Assembly (NCBI GenBank): GCA_965203465.1
Contig: CBDBCR010000003.1
Location: 192,001-256,000, forward strand
Reading direction: 5' to 3'
DNA length: 64,000 nucleotides
Origin: Nitrosopumilaceae archaeon
GTDB lineage: Archaea; Thermoproteota; Nitrososphaeria; Nitrososphaerales; Nitrosopumilaceae
In this document: piece by piece, positions 1 to 9,842 of the stretch
Layout of the letters: the number at the start of each line of letters is the position of its first letter
Position numbering within the stretch: position 1 is the first letter of the stretch
The notes under the pieces: generated by a model
Database searches by the model: none
The model's input: only the letters and a program-made list of their open reading frames with translations
What the model was told of the DNA's origin: nothing
Made by a program: the position numbers and the translations under genes

Positions 1-1302
1 GCTGAACGTTATGGTGAGCAGCCCGGTCTCCTCGTAGAGGGTCGCCGAAGAGACGGTCGGCGGCGTCTGTTCTGTGACCGTTCTGATCCCCGTGCTCGAC
101 GAAGACGCCACAATGGCCTGGTCCGACAGGTCCTTTACTGCACCCGCGTCAAAGCGCAGGTGCGGCGCCGCGTATCCGACGATCGTAGTCTTGAGCGCCT
201 CGGGCACCGTTATGGATATCTCGGAGTCCGTGTCCACGGACGAAGTCACCGTGGAGCTGGACAGCGCCGTGCCGCCCGAAGTGAACGAGCCGTCGTTGAC
301 GAATATCTTGGTCAGATCCACGTTGGCCGGGCCGTCCTTTACCGATTCGCTGAACGTAAGCGTCAGTACGTTGGCTCCCGCGTAGAGCGACGGCCCGGGC
401 GCGGCCAGCGTCGGGGGCGTGTTGTCCCGCATGTAGGAGACCCAGACGAAGGTGCCACCCGCTACGAAGTTTCCCGACGTGTCCTTTACTGCATCTTGGT
501 ACTCTACCCAATAGTATTGCCCGCCCAAGTTTATGGCCCTTTTGCGGTGGTCCTCGCTGAGCTTGATTGTGAGCGCGGCGGAATCGCCCGAAGACGTGAC
601 CGTGGAGCCGTCCCGGGGGCAGGGCGCGGGCAAGCACTGGGCGGACTGGTCGGCTAGCCCCATTTGCAAGGTCCCCAGGTGGAATTGTCCCTGGCCGTGC
701 AAGAACAGATGCATGTGGTGCAGGTTTACGTCCTCCCGGTCTGCCTGCACGAGCTCGTCAAAGTTGAGCGTGAGCAGGCCCGACTCTCCGTCCAGGGAGG
801 CCGAGGTTATCGACGGGCGGGTGGTGTCCGGCGTCACGCTGGCACTCGGGATGGACAGATCCCCGTCGCCGACGGCGGGCAGCGCCAGCGAATCCGCGTC
901 GGACTTGAAGGCGTTCGCCCCTATCAGCACCTCCAAGTCGCCCGACATCGCCCTGACGGCCTCTTTTTGCGCGTTGCTCAGCCCTATCACGACGGTGCTG
1001 GAGCTCGATATGATCGAGGCGCTGGTGTCCAGCGTGAGCGTCGGCGAGTTGTCCGCCTCGCGGACGGTGATCTTGGGGAGGGTGTCCGCCTCGCTCGTGT
1101 GCGCGCCCACGTCCACGTCGAATTTGAGCGTCAGCTTGCCCGCGTAATAGGCGGTGTTTTGGCCGCTGCCGGTCGAAAAGTTGTTCAGATCCACCGAAGC
1201 CGATTCCAGCACCGGGGTGGCCGCCTCGGCCGCCTGCATGCCAACCGCGCAGGCGGCGAGCGCCGCTACCGCCAGAACGTAAGAGCCAAGAGATCTTCCC
1301 AG
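1..1302 (-). CDS. Large secreted surface protein with repeated Ig-like domains (5' part only; runs off left edge)
   Basis: Manually translated minus frame: signal-like GRSLGSYVLAVAALAACAVGMQAAEA, then repeats such as DNTPPTLAAPGPSLYAGANVLTLTFSE and EQTPPTVSSATLYEETGLLTITFS. Absent from ORF track, consistent with no stop in the window. Start uncertain (CTG 1302 or ATG 1239). Confidence 0.75.
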   Translation of the reverse strand, partial: MGRSLGSYVLAVAALAACAVGMQAAEAATPVLESASVDLNNFSTGSGQNTAYYAGKLTLKFDVDVGAHTSEADTLPKITVREADNSPTLTLDTSASIISSSSTVVIGLSNAQKEAVRAMSGDLEVLIGANAFKSDADSLALPAVGDGDLSIPSASVTPDTTRPSITSASLDGESGLLTLNFDELVQADREDVNLHHMHLFLHGQGQFHLGTLQMGLADQSAQCLPAPCPRDGSTVTSSGDSAALTIKLSEDHRKRAINLGGQYYWVEYQDAVKDTSGNFVAGGTFVWVSYMRDNTPPTLAAPGPSLYAGANVLTLTFSESVKDGPANVDLTKIFVNDGSFTSGGTALSSSTVTSSVDTDSEISITVPEALKTTIVGYAAPHLRFDAGAVKDLSDQAIVASSSSTGIRTVTEQTPPTVSSATLYEETGLLTITFS

Positions 1303-1316
1303 TCCTAAGCCACCGT

Positions 1317-1340
1317 CCCCCCCCCCCCGGTATTATATAA
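1317..1340 (-). promoter_or_regulatory. TATA box (TTATATAA, 1333-1340) followed by G12 tract (1317-1328)
   Basis: Minus strand reads TTATATAATACC-G12-ACGGTGGC directly upstream of the surface protein gene. Confidence 0.6.
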
Positions 1341-1401
1341 GTCAAGAGCCGGTACCGCGCGCCAAACTACACATAAATCGAAGGGCGTCGGGCCCCATCC
1401 C

Positions 1402-2529
1402 ATGGTCACGGTCTCTGTCATAAAGGCCGACATCGGAGGCATAGGCGGCCACACCAAGCCGAGCGACGGCGTCTTGGAGGCGGTCAACAGGACGGTAAAC
1501 AGGGACAAGGAGCTGTGGCTGGACAGGTACATCGGGTACTGCGGCGACGACATACACATCGTGGTCTCGCACGAGCGCGGCGTCGGGGACGAAAAGATAC
1601 ACAAGATGGCCTGGGAGGCTTTCATGGACGGCACCCAGATAGCAAAGTACCAGGGCCTGTACGGGGCGGGGCAGGACCTGCTAAAGGACTCGTTTTCGGG
1701 CAACATCAAGGGCATGGGCCCCGGCGTGGCCGAGATGGAGTTCGACGAGAGGCCCAACGAGGCGTTCACCGTCTTTGCGGCCGACAAGACCGAGCCGGGC
1801 GCGTTCAACTACCCGATGTACAGGCTCTTCGTCGACGGCCTGAGCAACACCGGCCTGATAGTCAACAAGTCCCTCGCCGAGGGCGTAAAGTTCCGCATAA
1901 TGGACGTCCAGGAGGGCGCCACCGCCGAGCTGGAGCTGTGGGCCGACAAGCCCACCGTAGAGGCCGCGCTGATGTACCCGGGAAGGTACGTCATAGACAC
2001 GATAACCACGAAGGGCGGCGAGCCCATAGTGGCCGCCTCGACGGACCGCCTCCACAACATCGCCGGCACGTACGTGGGCAAGGACGATCCGGTCTGCATC
2101 GTGCGCACGCAAAAGGCGTTCCCCGCGACCGAGGAGGCCGGCAGCGCCTTCAACAACCCCCACTACGTGGCGGGCAACACGCGCGGCAGCCACAACATGC
2201 CGCTCATGCCCGTGAGGCTCAACTCGGCGGCGTCCATCAACTTTTGCATACCCATAGTCGAGGCGCTCGTCTTCAGCATGCACGGCGGCAGGCTGACCGG
2301 CCCGTTCGACGGCTTCTCCACGCCCGACTGGGACCTGGTCAGGGAGACGGCCTCGCGCAAGGCGCGCGACATGCGCAGCCAGGGCTTCGTGCACCCTGCC
2401 ACGCTGGTCCCCCACGAGCTGGAATACGCCGAGGGGTACAGGGCCCGCATGGACGTCCTAAAGTCGCGCATGGTGCCGCTCGAAGAGCGCCCGCGGCCGG
2501 CCGGCGGCGCCTACGAGGATCCCGACTGA
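1402..2529 (+). CDS. fbp: Fructose-1,6-bisphosphate aldolase/phosphatase (class V FBPase)
   Basis: Motifs IKADIGG, GDDIHI, GLYGAGQDLL, ADKTEPGAFN, YVGKDDPV. Confidence 0.95.
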   Translation: MVTVSVIKADIGGIGGHTKPSDGVLEAVNRTVNRDKELWLDRYIGYCGDDIHIVVSHERGVGDEKIHKMAWEAFMDGTQIAKYQGLYGAGQDLLKDSFSGNIKGMGPGVAEMEFDERPNEAFTVFAADKTEPGAFNYPMYRLFVDGLSNTGLIVNKSLAEGVKFRIMDVQEGATAELELWADKPTVEAALMYPGRYVIDTITTKGGEPIVAASTDRLHNIAGTYVGKDDPVCIVRTQKAFPATEEAGSAFNNPHYVAGNTRGSHNMPLMPVRLNSAASINFCIPIVEALVFSMHGGRLTGPFDGFSTPDWDLVRETASRKARDMRSQGFVHPATLVPHELEYAEGYRARMDVLKSRMVPLEERPRPAGGAYEDPD

Positions 2530-3548
2530 TGGTCTCGGTGGCCACGCTCGGATCCCACTGCGCCCTGCAGGTGCTCAAAGGCGCAAAGGACGAGGGCTTC
2601 GAGACCGTACTGGTCTGCGAGAAAAAGAGGATGGGGCTGTACGCCCGGTTCGGGTTCATCGATCACGCCGTACCCGTGGACTCGTTTTCGGAGATAGTTG
2701 GGGGCGCGTGCGCCGAGGCCCTCCGGAGGCACGATTCCGTGCTGGTGCCGCACGGCACGCTGGTCTCGCAGCTGGACCCCGAGGCCATCGAGGGCCTGGG
2801 GGTGCCCGTGTTCGGCAACAGGTTCATGCTGCGCTGGGAGTCGGACCGCGCCATGAAGGACAGGCTGATGCGCGAATCCGGCCTGGACGTGCCCGCGCAG
2901 GCCCCCGATCCCGGCTCCATAACAAAGCTCTCCATAGTAAAGAGGCAGGGGGCCGCCGGCGGCCGCGGCTACTTTATGGCCTCGAGCGAAAAAGAGTACC
3001 GCGAAAAGCGCGCCTCGCTCGTGGAGCGGGGCACCATATCCGACGACGAGCCGCTGTACATACAAGAGTACGTCGGCGGGGTGCTGGCGTACCTTCAGTA
3101 CTTTTACTCCCCCCTTTCGGGCACCCTGGAGTTTTACGGCGCCGACCGGCGGCACGAATCGGACATCGAGGGCCTGGCCAGGACGCCCGCCGAGCACCAG
3201 AGGCCCGGCCACGTCCCCTCGTTCAACGTCATAGGCAACAGCCCCATGGTGCTGCGCGAATCGCTGCTCGGGCGCGTCTACGAGATGGGCGAGGGGTTCG
3301 TCGAGGCCTCGGCGCGCCTGGTCCCGCCAGGCATGAACGGGCCGTTCTGCATAGAGGGCGTGTACGACGCGTCCGGCAAGTTCTGGGCGTTCGAGTTTTC
3401 GGCGCGCATCGTGGCCGGCACCAACGTGTACACGCAGGGCTCGCCGTACTCTGTCTTTTACGGCGAGCCCATGAGCATGGGCAGGAGGATCGCCCGCGAG
3501 CTGCGCGGGGCCGAAAAAGAGGGCCGGCTGGCCGACGTGGCCGCCTGA
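2529..3548 (+). CDS. purP: PurP-family formate-dependent FAICAR synthetase (ATP-grasp)
   Basis: VATLGSHCALQVLKGAKDEGF, GPFCIE, FEFSARIVAGTN. ATG overlaps the fbp stop (TGATG). Confidence 0.9.
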   Translation: MVSVATLGSHCALQVLKGAKDEGFETVLVCEKKRMGLYARFGFIDHAVPVDSFSEIVGGACAEALRRHDSVLVPHGTLVSQLDPEAIEGLGVPVFGNRFMLRWESDRAMKDRLMRESGLDVPAQAPDPGSITKLSIVKRQGAAGGRGYFMASSEKEYREKRASLVERGTISDDEPLYIQEYVGGVLAYLQYFYSPLSGTLEFYGADRRHESDIEGLARTPAEHQRPGHVPSFNVIGNSPMVLRESLLGRVYEMGEGFVEASARLVPPGMNGPFCIEGVYDASGKFWAFEFSARIVAGTNVYTQGSPYSVFYGEPMSMGRRIARELRGAEKEGRLADVAA

Positions 3549-5600
3549 TCAGCTGCCGACGACCGCCGCGGACAGGCCCTCGGCGCTGCGCCGCACGGCC
3601 TCGACCACCGCGCCCGGATCCGACATGCCCGACAGGTCCTCGAGGCGGGCCTCGCCCATCAGGCAGACCCGCGGGGCCACGCTCCTGCCTCGCACCTGCG
3701 ATTCCACCCAGGAGGCCACCTGCCCGGGCGCGCCCGAGGCGGCGCGCGCGTCGTCCATCGACATGCGCAACCGGCCGCGCCGGTCCAGCACCACGACCGG
3801 GCGCCGCGCCCTGCCGAGCAGGCCGCCCTTCCTGTCCGCCGAGAACGCCACGTGGTGCTCGGTCGAGGCGGCCACCGAGGCGGGCGAGCCGAGCATCTGC
3901 GAGGCGCGCTCCAAGAGCTCGGCCTCGCCGAGGCGCCCCGAGTCGGAGCTGTCCATGTCCACGCTGCCCACCGCGCAGACGCGCAGCATCGCCTTTTCGG
4001 GGACGAACTCGGTCGACACCGAGACGGTCTGGGGCACCGCGCCGCGCGCTATCATCGAGTCGTGCGCCCCGCGCACGGCCGCCGAGACGGCGCCCGGATC
4101 CGGCGAGGACATCGGTATCTCGGATTCGTCCTGCATCATGGCGGAGGCGGCCCCTATCGACGATATCACCTCGGCGTCGGCGGCCAGCTCGTACTCCAGG
4201 CCCAGCTGCTTTGCCACGAACGGGGCCAGCACCGAGGCGCCGCCCCCGCCGCCGACGATGCGCGCCGAGCCGCCCAGGCCGAACTCCTTGACGGCGCGCG
4301 CGACCGCCTTTGTTATGGGGAACGATGCCGTCTGTATCACCGAGAGGGCCGCCTCCGAGTACGAGACGCCCAGCATCGAGCCGAGCATCCCGAGCGCCGA
4401 GCGCGCCGACTCTTGGCGCGCCGACGAGTTGTCCCCCGCGGGCAGCGAGTCGAGCGCGTTGGCGGCGCACGTGGGCGTTATCGCGAAGGCGCCCGAGCCC
4501 GACTCCACGACCGCGTACCTGCCGCCGGCCACGTCGAGCATTTTCGCCTCGCCGCCGGAGAGCTCGTCCGGCCCCGCGTAGCACGAGTACGTCAGGCCGG
4601 CGATGTGCGCGCTGCGCGGTCCCACCGAGTCTATCCTGCCGTTCTTGACCGAGACCAGGCTGCCGCCGGCGACTCCCAGCACGCGCACGTCCATGGAGCG
4701 CACGCACGTGGGGTGCTCGTCGACGGTCACGTACTTTATCTGCGGCCTGCCGCCGCGTATGACGCAGATGTTCGTGCTGGTCCCGCCAACCTCCACAAAC
4801 ACGCCGTCCGAGACGCGCGTGTGCAGCAGGGCGCCGGCCACGCTGGCCGCCGGGCCCGAGAGGACCGTCGATATGGGCTTTGTGCGGAACGCGCCCATGT
4901 CCGAGATCCCGCCGTCGCCGCGCATCACCATCAGCGGCGCGGCCACGCCGGCGCCGCGCAGCGCCGACTCCACGTAGTCTGCCACCTGCCTGGCGCGCGG
5001 CAGCACGCTGGCGTTGACCGCCGCGGTCAGCGTCCTTATCTCGAGGCCGTACGCGCCCGAGATCTCGTGCGAGGCCGTCGCCGGCAGGCCCTTTTTGCGG
5101 GCGCACTCCATGACGAACTCCTCGTTGGACGGATCGTCCACGCCGAACGCCTCGGTGGCCACGACCACCTCGGCGCCCCCCCCGCGCAGACGGCCGAGCG
5201 CCGAGCCGACCTCCTCTTCGGTGAGCAGCCTCGAGGTGTCCAGGAACTCGTGCAGCACGTCCATGGAGCCGGACAGGCGCGTGCGCCTCGTCACGTTCTT
5301 GCGCTCGGGCCCCACCCCCATGGCCACGACGCCCACGCGCGCCGTGTCCCGCTCGAGCAGCGCGTTTATGGCCTGCGTCGTGCTGTGCGATATCATGTCT
5401 ATCTGATCGGGCCGTATCTCCGAGCCCGACATCAGGGCCTCGAGGGCCGCCACTATGCCGCCGGCCACGCCGCGCGGATCAGAGTGCGTCGTGGGCACCG
5501 AGGCGCGGCCGGCCACCCCGCCGCCGCCCGACTCTACGGCGACGGCCTTTGTGAACGTGCCGCCCACGTCTATCCCTACGCGGAAGCGCCGCTCAGTCAT
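3549..5600 (-). CDS. Hydantoinase/oxoprolinase family protein
   Basis: GIDVGGTFTKAV, SHSTT, SGPAAS, EVGGTSTN motifs. Confidence 0.85.
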   Translation of the reverse strand: MTERRFRVGIDVGGTFTKAVAVESGGGGVAGRASVPTTHSDPRGVAGGIVAALEALMSGSEIRPDQIDMISHSTTQAINALLERDTARVGVVAMGVGPERKNVTRRTRLSGSMDVLHEFLDTSRLLTEEEVGSALGRLRGGGAEVVVATEAFGVDDPSNEEFVMECARKKGLPATASHEISGAYGLEIRTLTAAVNASVLPRARQVADYVESALRGAGVAAPLMVMRGDGGISDMGAFRTKPISTVLSGPAASVAGALLHTRVSDGVFVEVGGTSTNICVIRGGRPQIKYVTVDEHPTCVRSMDVRVLGVAGGSLVSVKNGRIDSVGPRSAHIAGLTYSCYAGPDELSGGEAKMLDVAGGRYAVVESGSGAFAITPTCAANALDSLPAGDNSSARQESARSALGMLGSMLGVSYSEAALSVIQTASFPITKAVARAVKEFGLGGSARIVGGGGGASVLAPFVAKQLGLEYELAADAEVISSIGAASAMMQDESEIPMSSPDPGAVSAAVRGAHDSMIARGAVPQTVSVSTEFVPEKAMLRVCAVGSVDMDSSDSGRLGEAELLERASQMLGSPASVAASTEHHVAFSADRKGGLLGRARRPVVVLDRRGRLRMSMDDARAASGAPGQVASWVESQVRGRSVAPRVCLMGEARLEDLSGMSDPGAVVEAVRRSAEGLSAAVVGS

Positions 5601-7734
5601 GGCCCTTCCGCGAGACCCGCATCGACTCGAGGCGGGCCGCCCGGCGCGGGCGCAGCACCAGCACGTACAGCGAGGCGCCAAGGTACACCGAGAGCAGCAG
5701 TATCTGCGCGACGACCGTCTCGAGGGTCGGGTATATGCCGGTCATGGCCGCCGTGTTTATGTCCAGGCGCGGGACGGTGCCCAGCAGGCTCGTGTAGGGA
5801 ACGACGTCGATGACCTGCAGCTCCCGCACGCCGTTGCCGAGGAACGCTATGGACAGGTACGCGCCCACGCCCATGGTCAGCCCGAAGAGCGCCCGCAGCG
5901 GGAGCTTTTTGCCCAGCCGGCGCACCGCCCAGTATATGGCCAGCAGCGAGGCCAGGCCCAGCACGAAGCCGAGCGCCACGTACCCCTCCATGTACCGGGC
6001 GAAGCCGGACATGGCCTGGTAGAACAGGACCGTCTCGAAGCCCTCCCTGTACACCGTGAAGAATGCCAGCATCACGAAGACCGAGGCGCTGCCCGTCGCG
6101 GTGGCCTGCCACACCTTGGCCTTTACGAACTCCATCCACTTGCGGTGCTCCAGCTTGCCCAGCACCCAAAAGCTGACGTAGAACAGGACGGCCGTGGCCG
6201 AGAGCGCCGCGACGGCCTCTATCAGTTCCCGGTCGGCCCCCGATATCTCTATCAGGTAGGAGGCCACCGCCCAGGTGGCCGCCGTGGCGGCGACGGCGGC
6301 GGCCACGCCGTAGTACACGTACTTTGAAAAGCGCGTGTTGCGCGACGATTCCAGGTACATCAGTATGACCCCCAGTATCAGGACCGACTCGAGGCCCTCG
6401 CGGAATATTATGGCGAACGAAGAAGTAAACGCGATGGCCGGCGCCAGCGTGCCGGGCCCCGAGACGAGCCTCTCTGATTCGTCGAGGTTGCGGTCTATCG
6501 CGGTGGCCAAGGCCTGCACGTCCTCGGCCGGCTCGCCACGCGATATGGCGCTGCGCAGCTCGGCGAACTGGAACTCGACTTCGAGCGTAAAGTCCGGATC
6601 TATCGCGCGCAGGGGCACCTCGACGTACTCGTAGCTGTCGAGGTACGCGGTGCGCGCCAGCGCGTGCGCCTCAACGGCGTCGCCGGCCTCGTAGGTCGCG
6701 ACTGCCTCGCGCAGCGTGTCCCGGATGAAGTCAATCTCGCTGCGCACCTCGGACTTTTGGTCCTCGGTCGCGCTGCCTATGTCGAGCAGCTCCTTTTCGG
6801 GCGCCGGCCCCGAGGACGAGACGGCCGCCATGGCCTGGGCTATGGTCAGGCTCGGCAGTATGGTTTCGTTGAGGAAGGAGAGTATCTCGGGCGCGGGCCG
6901 CTCCTCCTTTATCATGTCGCGCAGGTCCTCGCGCATCTGCCACTCTAGCTCGTAGAGCAGATCGGGGTCGGCGCGCTCTATGTTGGCCTCGAGGTACTCG
7001 AAGTTCTCCAGGTACGCCTCGATGCACAGCTCTTCCGCCAGGGCGTAGTCGCCCTCTTCGAGAGCGGCGGACATGTCCGAGTACAGGGAGCGTATGTTGG
7101 CGTACAGGTGCGCCTCGTCGTGGCCGCCCAGCTCGTGCCCCGTCAGGTCGCGGCTGATGGCCGCGATCAGCGTCCCGACGGGGTGGAAGTCGTACTTTTC
7201 CTCCATCATCGATTCGAGCTCGTCCCAGAACGATTCCAGCTCCAGAAAGAGGCGTTCCTCGTGGCCCGCGGTGTCCGACAGCGCCCGGGCGCGCGCGACC
7301 AGGTCGCGCGAGAGCTCGTAGGCATCTTCGTTGCCGCCGCGCGAGTGCTCCTGGTAGGCCTCGTCGGCGGAGCCGAGCAGCAGCGATGCGGCAAGCGCCG
7401 GATCCGGCGAGACGGGCTCTATTCTGCCGAGCGCCTCGCGCACCTGCGCCGCCTTTTCGGAAAGATCCCCCCCCTGCGAGGCCTCGCTGTACAGGTCCAG
7501 CACCCCGATGTGGACCAGGTCGGCCGATTCGGGGTCTGCCTCGCGCAGGGAACCGAGGCCGGCTGCCACCACGTCGGCGGCCATCCGCATGGCGTACGAG
7601 TGGTCGCCGGGCCCGTCGGCCGAGCCGAGCGCCGAGGATACGGCCTCCTTTACGTAGAGGACCTGCGTGCCGTCCGCGTAGGCGGGGGCCGCGGCAAAGG
7701 CGGCCAGTGCCAGCAGCATCAGGCAACCGCGCAA
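5593..7734 (-). CDS. FTR1-family iron permease with large N-terminal extracytoplasmic region
   Basis: Two REG(L/F)E motifs (IFREGLE, VYREGFE), hydrophobic C-terminal half, signal peptide. TTG start ~24 nt after TATA-like TTAAAT. Confidence 0.85.
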   Translation of the reverse strand: MRGCLMLLALAAFAAAPAYADGTQVLYVKEAVSSALGSADGPGDHSYAMRMAADVVAAGLGSLREADPESADLVHIGVLDLYSEASQGGDLSEKAAQVREALGRIEPVSPDPALAASLLLGSADEAYQEHSRGGNEDAYELSRDLVARARALSDTAGHEERLFLELESFWDELESMMEEKYDFHPVGTLIAAISRDLTGHELGGHDEAHLYANIRSLYSDMSAALEEGDYALAEELCIEAYLENFEYLEANIERADPDLLYELEWQMREDLRDMIKEERPAPEILSFLNETILPSLTIAQAMAAVSSSGPAPEKELLDIGSATEDQKSEVRSEIDFIRDTLREAVATYEAGDAVEAHALARTAYLDSYEYVEVPLRAIDPDFTLEVEFQFAELRSAISRGEPAEDVQALATAIDRNLDESERLVSGPGTLAPAIAFTSSFAIIFREGLESVLILGVILMYLESSRNTRFSKYVYYGVAAAVAATAATWAVASYLIEISGADRELIEAVAALSATAVLFYVSFWVLGKLEHRKWMEFVKAKVWQATATGSASVFVMLAFFTVYREGFETVLFYQAMSGFARYMEGYVALGFVLGLASLLAIYWAVRRLGKKLPLRALFGLTMGVGAYLSIAFLGNGVRELQVIDVVPYTSLLGTVPRLDINTAAMTGIYPTLETVVAQILLLSVYLGASLYVLVLRPRRAARLESMRVSRKGHD

Positions 7735-7901
7735 CGGGCCGCCGGGCCCCGGTTTTCTATTTAAGTCAAATACCAATTATACGATCGTGTAAAGCGGCCG
7801 TTCGCCGAAGGGCCCCGTCTTGCGTCGGCGTCTTGCCCCGGCCATGCCGCGCTCCGGATGCCGCTCTGCAAGCCCGGTGTTTTTGCTACTCGGCCACGCC
7901 T

Positions 7902-9239
7902 TTACGCGCCGTCTCTGCTTCCCGCGAACGGCACGCCCCTTGCGGTCTCGCATATGCAGCCCGCCCTCGCCTTGGGGCTGTCCGATATTGCGAACCCGTC
8001 CTTGATCTCCACCAGCTGGCGCGAATCGGGGTTTTCGCCTAATGCTTCCAGCATTCCGATCAGCTTGTTCACCGCCATGCTGGCGGCCATGGTGGTGAGC
8101 GATACGATGCTGGGCTGAGCTTCGAGCCCGTCATAGTATCCTTCGTTTGCAAGCCGCGTCCGCTCTCGGGCGGTCAGCGACTCTTGCAGGATCACGCGCC
8201 CGTCCAGCGTTCCGGTGCACCACAGGCACGGCCCGTCGGGCGTCACTGCCTGTACCTTGGCAACTGCCTGTAGCACGCCTCCCCCGTCTGCCATGTGGAT
8301 TCTGCACCCGACGTCGATCAGAGGCACCAAGTACCTGTGGGATACCTCGTTCAAAACGCACCTGCTAGTCAGGTTGTCGGTGCATGCGAACATGACATCG
8401 GACTCTATCAACGCGCCCCTCATGGCCACCGTCGACGCGTCGGCGCACACCGCCTCCACGTTACACTCTGAAAATGACGAGATGTGCTCCCCCACCACGA
8501 CTGACTTGGGCCTGCCCACGTCGGCGTCGGTCGCCCCGTACACCCGGGGCAGGTTGGTCGGATCCACAGAATCCATGTCTATCAGCCTCAACCGGCCCAC
8601 CCCCATCCGTGCAAGCTGCACGGCCACCGACGAGCCGGTGCCCCCGGCGCCGACCACCGTGACAGCCAGATCCCGCAGCTGCGATTGGGCGAGCCGCCCC
8701 AGCGCCCGCGCCTGCCGGTCGAACTTTGCAGGAGAGTCTCCGCACATGCCGGAGGGGCGTGCCAGCGTTTCGCCTGCGGCCCTTATGCGATCAACCTGAC
8801 AAAACTCGCCGTCCGCGTCGCGCACCACGCCGCGCGCATCCTCCATGCCGAACACGAGGCTGCCCAGCGGCCTGTCCGGCAGTATATGGCCCAGGTTTTC
8901 GAGTAGGCGAACGTTGGACTCTTGGTCGATTTTGCCGAACTCGGCGCGGCGAGAGCTCGGATGGGTGTGCGCGAAAACCAGCCCAAGGCCCCCCTCGTCG
9001 GCCCTCATCGCGCATCGGTTCACGAACGACGAGTTGGGCTCGAGTTCCACGCTCGACGCCCTGTTCCACGAGCCCGCTTCCGGTTCCAGAATTTCCGCCA
9101 CCAGCAGGCCGGCAGACTTTTGCGTGCGGTAGTGTCGCACCAGCAGAAAGCACCCGTTCTCGCGAGGGGCCGTAGAAAACAGCAACCTGCGCAGATCGCG
9201 GTACAGTTTGCCCGGAAACGCCACTGTCCACACGGTCAA
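7902..9239 (-). CDS. JAB/MPN peptidase-like domain fused to ThiF/E1-like adenylating enzyme
   Basis: N-term ENGCF...AHTHP...FGKID (JAB E/H/H/D). C-term VVGAGGTG, IDMDSVDPTNLPR, CLWC and CIC Zn motifs. TTG start overlaps upstream TGA (TTGA). Confidence 0.85.
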   Translation of the reverse strand: MTVWTVAFPGKLYRDLRRLLFSTAPRENGCFLLVRHYRTQKSAGLLVAEILEPEAGSWNRASSVELEPNSSFVNRCAMRADEGGLGLVFAHTHPSSRRAEFGKIDQESNVRLLENLGHILPDRPLGSLVFGMEDARGVVRDADGEFCQVDRIRAAGETLARPSGMCGDSPAKFDRQARALGRLAQSQLRDLAVTVVGAGGTGSSVAVQLARMGVGRLRLIDMDSVDPTNLPRVYGATDADVGRPKSVVVGEHISSFSECNVEAVCADASTVAMRGALIESDVMFACTDNLTSRCVLNEVSHRYLVPLIDVGCRIHMADGGGVLQAVAKVQAVTPDGPCLWCTGTLDGRVILQESLTARERTRLANEGYYDGLEAQPSIVSLTTMAASMAVNKLIGMLEALGENPDSRQLVEIKDGFAISDSPKARAGCICETARGVPFAGSRDGA

Positions 9240-9624
9240 TCCTCCCCCGGTAGCCTCTGCTGCACGTACGCTACGAACCCCGCAATGTCGCCGCGCGACG
9301 GGTTCCATCCGCGCTCTCTATAAGTGGAGTAGCTGAACCTGCGCCATGCTCGTCCCAGGCGTGATTCTTCCACCTCGCCCCCCGCGGGAATTTGGCCATC
9401 GCGCAATGCAAGAGACGTATCTGCCCAAAACACGCCAAACCCGGCCTGCTGGCAATAGGGCGTAGTAAACACCATTACGCGGCCACATCCATGTTGTGCG
9501 TTCCTTTAGGTACCGGGAAGTCTCGGAATGCGACGTAGGTTTTTGCGTTGCGTTCTGTGACAAACGTACCAAATCTACTCTTTTGCAGGACGGCCAAATC
9601 GCTGTCCAGATCGTGTGGGATCAA
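9236..9624 (-). pseudogene. Prokaryotic E2 (family E-like) conjugating enzyme, single frameshift near 9478-9481
   Basis: TTG9624 gives MIPHDLDSDLAVLQKSRFGTFVTERNAKTYVAFRDFPVPKGTHNMDVAA*. The shifted frame continues VMVFTTPYCQQAGFGVFWADTSLALRDGQIP...GRAWRRFSY...WNPSRGDIAGFVAYVQQRL, a pattern typical of Prok-E2_E. Confidence 0.65.
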
Positions 9625-9842
9625 CCGTACGGCACGCTCTTTAGTATGGCATTACATTGCATGCCGCACTCTATAGTCACAGCGGCATCGGGTGCCAGTT
9701 TTTCGGCGTCCCGTCCACTCATCTTAAACAGGTCGTATTCGTCTGGTGTTAAGCCGGCCAATTCGAGTACCCGCCTTCCTTGTAGCGGGCCCTCATCAAC
9801 ACGGATCTCTTGCTTGTTGACCCGAATCACGCAAGTCGCCAT
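9621..9842 (-). CDS. Ubiquitin-like (multi-ubiquitin/beta-grasp) protein ending in Gly
   Basis: MATCVIRVNKQEIRVDEGPLQGRRVLELAGLTPDEYDLF...VPYG*, resembling the Multi_ubiq pattern. First gene of the E2/JAB-E1 operon; TTAAAT box ~24 nt upstream. Confidence 0.75.
   Translation of the reverse strand: MATCVIRVNKQEIRVDEGPLQGRRVLELAGLTPDEYDLFKMSGRDAEKLAPDAAVTIECGMQCNAILKSVPYG

Noticed and set aside
1515-3548. 677-aa ORF
   Set aside because: The first half is an alternative frame of fbp. PurP begins at 2529.
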